Part shown: positions 59,613 through 64,000 of the stretch, piece by piece
How positions within the stretch are numbered: position 1 is the first letter of the stretch
Layout of the letters: each line of letters opens with the position of its first letter
Position numbers and translations under genes: made by a program
Source: Myxococcota bacterium
GTDB lineage: Bacteria > Myxococcota_A > Polyangia > Polyangiales > Sandaracinaceae
Assembly (NCBI GenBank): GCA_036149055.1
Contig: JAYZQJ010000074.1
Span: 22,454 to 86,453, forward strand
DNA length: 64,000 bases
Direction: 5' to 3'
The notes under the pieces: generated by a model
The model's database searches: none
What the model saw: only the letters and a program-made list of their open reading frames with translations
Told to the model about the DNA's origin: nothing

Positions 59613-61442
59613 TTGACCAGCAAGAGCAACGCGGGAGCGCGCGCGCCGCGCGATGACGACGAGGCGGAGGCGGTGGAGGCCGTCGACCGTGAGGCCTACC
59701 GGCAGGACCTGAAGGCCACGGCGGGGCTGATCGACGCGTTGATCGCCTCGGGCCGGACGGACGGGTACCTGACCTTCGACGAGGTCGCCCGGGCCATCGG
59801 CTCGGCGCCGCGCATGGATCGCGCCGTCAACTGGCTGATGAAGCGGCTCCCGGTCGAGGGCATCGAGATCCGTGACTCCGACTACGTCCCGACGAACAGC
59901 AAGTCGTCGAAGGACAAGGAGCGGCCGAGCGTGATGCCGACCGAGGAGGAGCGGCTGAGCGAGACGCCCAGCAAGAGCGCCGCGCCGCCCGGGGTCGATC
60001 CGATCCAGGCCTACCTCGGCAAGATGGGCAGCCTCTCGCTCCTGACCCGCGAGGGTGAGGTCGAGTTCGCGCGCCGCATCGAGAAGGGGCGCCTGTTCAT
60101 CCTCTGGGCGCTCGCGCGCTCGTCGATCCGCATGCCCGAGCTGACCGATCTCATCGAGCGGCTCGAGGAGAACGACATCCGCGTCCGGGACGTGGTGGAC
60201 GGCATGACCAGCTCCACCGAGGACGAGGAGGCGGAGGTCCGGCCGGACGCGCTGCGACACCTCAAGCGCCTCAAGCGGCTCGAGAAGACGAACCGTCGGC
60301 TCCTGAAGGAGCTCGAGGGCGAGCGGCGCCTGACCAAGCGCGCGCGCGGCGACCGCGAGAAGGAGCTCGAGGAGAACTGTCAGCAGCGCTACGAGGTGCT
60401 GCAGGAGCTCGGCCTCCACGAGCGGCAGCTCGAGCGGATCACCGACCGGCTCAAGGACTACGTGCACCGCCTCGAGAAGGCGGAGACCGAGCTGGCCACC
60501 GCGGCGCGCGACGTCGGCGTCGACCACCCAGAGAAGCTCGAGGAGCGGCTGCCCCGCATCCGCCCGGGCCGCAAGGTCACGCGGTCGGCGCTGATGCGGG
60601 CCGAGCGCGCGGTCAAGGACCTCCACCGCGTGCGCAAGCAGGTCGAGGAGGACGCCGGCCGCCCCTGCGACGTCGTGCGCGAGAACTACCGCGAGCTGCG
60701 CCGCGCCGAGGACGAGGTGGAGGCGGCGAAGGCGGAGATGGTGGAGGCGAACCTGCGCCTCGTCGTCTCGATCGCCAAGAAGTACATGAAGCGCGGCCTG
60801 CCGTTCCTGGATCTCATCCAGGAGGGCAACATCGGCCTGATGCGCGCGGTCGAGAAGTTCGACTACCGCCGCGGCTACAAGCTCAGCACGTACGCCTCGT
60901 GGTGGATCCGGCAGTCGATCGCCCGCGCCACCGCCGACCAGGCGCGCACCATCCGCCTCCCGGTGCACGCCTTCGAGCGCCTCAACAAGATGGTGCGGGT
61001 CACGCGCGAGCTGATGGGCCAGCTCGGCCGGGAGCCGACGCCCGAAGAGCTCGCGAAGACGATGCAGATGCCCGTCAACAAGGTGCGCGATCTCCTGGCG
61101 ATCAGCCGGGACGCGATCAGCCTCGAGACGCCGGTCGGCAACGACGGCAGCGGGCAGCTGGCCGACTTCATCGAGGACGAGTCGGCGGCCTCGCCGATGG
61201 ACGGCGTGGTCAACGACGACCTCGAGCAGAACGTGCTCCGCGCGCTGTCGATCCTGACGCCGCGAGAGGAGAAGATCCTCCGCATGCGGTTCGGCATCGG
61301 CGCGAGCGAGGTGCACACCCTGGCCGAGGTCGGCGAGGTCTTCGGCGTCAGCCGGGAGCGGATCCGTCAGATCGAGGCGCTCGCGCTACGCAAGCTCCGT
61401 CAGAGCGGCAACGAGGCCGCGCTCCGTAGCTTCGTGGACTGA
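59613..61442 (+). CDS. RpoD-like sigma70 factor (probable paralogue)
   Basis: [82 protein letters not shown] start estimated from AGGGG RBS. Confidence 0.92.
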   Translation: MTSKSNAGARAPRDDDEAEAVEAVDREAYRQDLKATAGLIDALIASGRTDGYLTFDEVARAIGSAPRMDRAVNWLMKRLPVEGIEIRDSDYVPTNSKSSKDKERPSVMPTEEERLSETPSKSAAPPGVDPIQAYLGKMGSLSLLTREGEVEFARRIEKGRLFILWALARSSIRMPELTDLIERLEENDIRVRDVVDGMTSSTEDEEAEVRPDALRHLKRLKRLEKTNRRLLKELEGERRLTKRARGDREKELEENCQQRYEVLQELGLHERQLERITDRLKDYVHRLEKAETELATAARDVGVDHPEKLEERLPRIRPGRKVTRSALMRAERAVKDLHRVRKQVEEDAGRPCDVVRENYRELRRAEDEVEAAKAEMVEANLRLVVSIAKKYMKRGLPFLDLIQEGNIGLMRAVEKFDYRRGYKLSTYASWWIRQSIARATADQARTIRLPVHAFERLNKMVRVTRELMGQLGREPTPEELAKTMQMPVNKVRDLLAISRDAISLETPVGNDGSGQLADFIEDESAASPMDGVVNDDLEQNVLRALSILTPREEKILRMRFGIGASEVHTLAEVGEVFGVSRERIRQIEALALRKLRQSGNEAALRSFVD

Positions 61443-61448
61443 CTTTTC

Positions 61449-61561
61449 GGGCAGGGGCGGGTCCGCCCCCGCCCCCCCGCTGCGCCGGCACACCGGCGCG
61501 CGACTTCGGGCGCATCCGCGCCCTACGCACGCGCCGCTGCACCGGCTCCGCGGGGCCCCCC
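61449..61561 (+). repeat. Palindromic intergenic repeat, copy 1
   Basis: 44-nt core GGGCAGGGGCGGGTCCGCCCCCGCCCCCCCGCTGCG.CGGCACA shared 43/44 with 63904-63947. Confidence 0.8.
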
Positions 61562-61773
61562 CTACCCACTCCGGGACCTCGCTCCGCTCGGCCCCGACCC
61601 CAGCGACGGGGCGCTGGGGGCCCTGCGGCTCGCGCTCGCGCTGCGCGCTCGCTGGCCGCCCGCTGCCGCGGGGTCGACGGGGTCGGGGTGGCGCGTGCGG
61701 CGACCTCGCTGCGCTCGTCGCCTGCCGTCGTCTCGGGTCAGTCGTCGCGGAAGCGGGGCTCCCGGTACCGAGC

Positions 61774-62087
61774 CTGGGCTACGTCGTGCAGGAGGACGCG
61801 ACCGACGAGGATCTGGTCGTGCTGACGACGGTGGTGGAGGAGCTACCCGAGCCGTCGCGGGAGGTCGCCATGAGCGCGAGAGATCGGTTGATCGAGATCG
61901 GCATCGAGCAGGGGCTCGAGAGGGGGATCGACAAAGGTATGCACGGGATGCTGCGCAAGTAGCTGGTGCTCCGCTTCGGCGAGCTCCCGGCGTGGGTCGA
62001 GGAGCGCTCGGGCGGGCCGACCGCGCGACGCTCGAGCGCCTCGGGGAGGACCTACTGACTGCGTCCACCCTCGAAGAGCTCTTCTGA
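61774..62087 (+). pseudogene. Rpn/DUF4351-like C-terminal remnant
   Basis: ..REVAMSARDRLIEIGIEQGLERGIDKG..LRK*LVLRFGELPAWVEER / RADRATLERLGEDLLTASTLEELF; TAG at 61960-61962 and a frameshift near 62005; N-terminus absent. Confidence 0.75.
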
Positions 62088-62100
62088 AGCGGGCTCGGCG

Positions 62101-63459
62101 TCAGGCGAGCTCGGCGACGGCGGCGCTGGCGATCGAGTGGGCGAGCTCCTCGATCTCGCGCGGGTCCTCGCCTTCGACCATGACGCGGAGCTTGGGCTCG
62201 GTGCCGCTCCAGCGGACGACGACGCGGCCGTTCTTGCCGAGCTTCTTCTCGACCGCCTTCACCGCCTTGCTCGTCTTGGGCATCTCGCTCAGCGGGCGGC
62301 GCTCCTTGAGCTTGGCGTTGACCAGGATCTGCGGGACGCGCTGCATGCACTCGGCGGCGAGCTCGCTCAGCGGGCGCTCCTCGCGCAGCACGATGGCGAG
62401 CAGCTGGAGGGCGGCCACGAGGCCATCACCGGTCGAGGCGTGGTCGAGGAAGATCATGTGCCCCGACTGCTCGCCGCCGAAGTTGTAGCCCTTGTTGCGC
62501 ATCGCCTCGACGACGTAGCGGTCGCCGACCGCGGTGCGGACGAGCTTGCCGCCCGCGCTCGCGACCGCGCGCTCGAGGCCGAGGTTGCTCATCACCGTGG
62601 CGACGAGGGTCTTCTTGCGGAGCGTCCGCTCGTTGAGCATGCGCGTCGCGCAGAGCGCCATGACGACGTCGCCGTCGACCTTCTCGCCCTTCTCGTCGAT
62701 CACGATCACGCGGTCGGCGTCGCCGTCGAGGGCGATGCCGAGGTCGGCCTTCTTCTTCAGGACCTCGCGGGCGCACGCCTGCGGGTGCACCGCGCCGACC
62801 TTCTTGTTGATGTTGCGGCCGTCGGGGCGGACGCCGATGGTCGCCACCTCGGCGCCGAGCTCGTAGAAGACCGCGGGGGCGACCTTGTAGGCGGCGCCGT
62901 GCGCGGCGTCGACGACGATGCGCATGCCCTCGAGGGTGAGCGCGCTCGGGAAGCTCTGCTTGACGAAGGCGACGTAGCGGCCGGGCGCGTCGTCGAGGCG
63001 GACCGCGGTGCCGACCTTGCGGCCGGTCGGGCGGCGCTCGTCGATCTCGCTCGCGCCGATGAGCCGCTCGAGCTCCTCCTCGGCGTCGTCGGGGAGCTTG
63101 AAGCCGTCGCCCCCGAAGATCTTGATGCCGTTGTCTTCGTACGGGTTGTGGCTCGCGCTGATCACGATGCCCGCGTCGGCGCGCATGCTGGTGGTCAGGT
63201 GCGCGATGGCGGGGGTGGGCAAGGGGCCCGAGAGCATCACCCGGCCGCCCTGGCTGCACACGCCGGCGCTGAGCGCCTGCTCGAACAGGTAGCCGCTCTG
63301 CCGCGTGTCCTTGCCGATGACGACCCGCGGCTGATGCGAGTTCTGCTTGCGCAGCTGGTAGGTCACCGCCGCGCCGATGCGGAACGCGACCTCCGGGGTC
63401 ATGTTCCCCTCGTTCGCGAGCCCGCGGATACCGTCCGTGCCGAAGAGCTTCCTGGCCAT
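62101..63459 (-). CDS. glmM: Phosphoglucosamine mutase
   Basis: RKLFGTDGIRG, VISASHNP, DGDADR, GGEQSGH, RWSGTEPKLRVMVEG. Confidence 0.97.
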   Translation of the reverse strand: MARKLFGTDGIRGLANEGNMTPEVAFRIGAAVTYQLRKQNSHQPRVVIGKDTRQSGYLFEQALSAGVCSQGGRVMLSGPLPTPAIAHLTTSMRADAGIVISASHNPYEDNGIKIFGGDGFKLPDDAEEELERLIGASEIDERRPTGRKVGTAVRLDDAPGRYVAFVKQSFPSALTLEGMRIVVDAAHGAAYKVAPAVFYELGAEVATIGVRPDGRNINKKVGAVHPQACAREVLKKKADLGIALDGDADRVIVIDEKGEKVDGDVVMALCATRMLNERTLRKKTLVATVMSNLGLERAVASAGGKLVRTAVGDRYVVEAMRNKGYNFGGEQSGHMIFLDHASTGDGLVAALQLLAIVLREERPLSELAAECMQRVPQILVNAKLKERRPLSEMPKTSKAVKAVEKKLGKNGRVVVRWSGTEPKLRVMVEGEDPREIEELAHSIASAAVAELA

Positions 63460-63529
63460 CGTCGGCGTGCTACCCGAAGGCGCTGCCGTCGGCAACTCGC
63501 GCCGGCGTCGAGGGTGGTAGATTCCGCCG

Positions 63530-63889
63530 ATGCGCGCCCCGCTGCTGTCCGTTCTCCTGCTGGTCGCCTGCAGCCAGGACTGCCCCGCCGATCGCTCCCG
63601 GAGCTACGGCGACGAGACCTACTGCGGGACCGCCTGCGCCGCCTGCGCGGAGTGCGAGGAGGGCTTCAGCTGCCAGTTCCGCGCCGGGCGTGGGGTGTGC
63701 GTCGACGAGGCCTTCCTCCGCGACCGCGGGGTCAGCACCGCGTGCGAGGACCCGTGTCCGTCCGGGCAGGCGCGCTACCAGGGCGAGTGCGCGGCCATCT
63801 GCACGGTCGACGGAGAGTGTGAGCACTGCTGCGTCGAGCCGGCGGAGCTCGAGTTCTTCATCTGCGCGCCCAGCCCGGACGCCTGCTGA
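63530..63889 (+). CDS. Small Cys-rich lipoprotein
   Basis: LVAC lipobox and many Cys in 119 aa; GC3-rich codons. Confidence 0.75.
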   Translation: MRAPLLSVLLLVACSQDCPADRSRSYGDETYCGTACAACAECEEGFSCQFRAGRGVCVDEAFLRDRGVSTACEDPCPSGQARYQGECAAICTVDGECEHCCVEPAELEFFICAPSPDAC

Positions 63890-63903
63890 GCTGCTCTTTT
63901 TTT

Positions 63904-64000
63904 GGGCAGGGGCGGGTCCGCCCCCGCCCCCCCGCTGCGGCGGCACAACGATGTTCGCTCCGGGCTGCGCCCTCCGCAAACATCGCTGCGCCTCCTCCGC
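63904..64000 (+). repeat. Palindromic intergenic repeat, copy 2 (runs off window end)
   Basis: Same 44-nt core as 61449-61492, also directly after a stop codon and T-run. Confidence 0.8.

Noticed and set aside
61960..61962. In-frame TAG as programmed read-through or pyrrolysine
   Set aside because: The same remnant also has a frameshift and lacks its N-terminus, so decay is the simpler explanation.

Overview
Very GC-rich, densely coding bacterial chromosome segment. Its gene content (Cys-rich repeat proteins, Hanks kinases, many lipoproteins, a kinase-AAA-GAF-cyclase) suggests Myxococcota; that taxonomy is inference. About 56 real CDSs sit among many spurious shadow ORFs. They include a kbl-tdh threonine operon, an allB-alc-uraD-uraH purine catabolism operon, arfB, glmM, an RpoD-like sigma factor and an orphan adenine methyltransferase. 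The most striking unannotated signal is at 20154-20578 (- strand): a sigma70-like promoter, a 22-aa Trp/Tyr-containing leader peptide, an attenuator-type terminator, then two irregular tRNA-like genes (Tyr-GTA with a C1:G72 acceptor and duplicated D-loop; Trp-CCA with a miniature D-arm) pointing into a VanW-domain gene. Other notable items are a Tes/MJ0619-like radical SAM plus divergent Lgt-like operon, a ClpN-ClpS fusion, a lipoprotein resembling a degenerate sigma54-activator domain, two families of short dispersed repeats and an Rpn/DUF4351 pseudogene. No CRISPR array, rRNA or intact transposase was seen. All calls come from motif reading by eye, not database searches, and start codons are best estimates.
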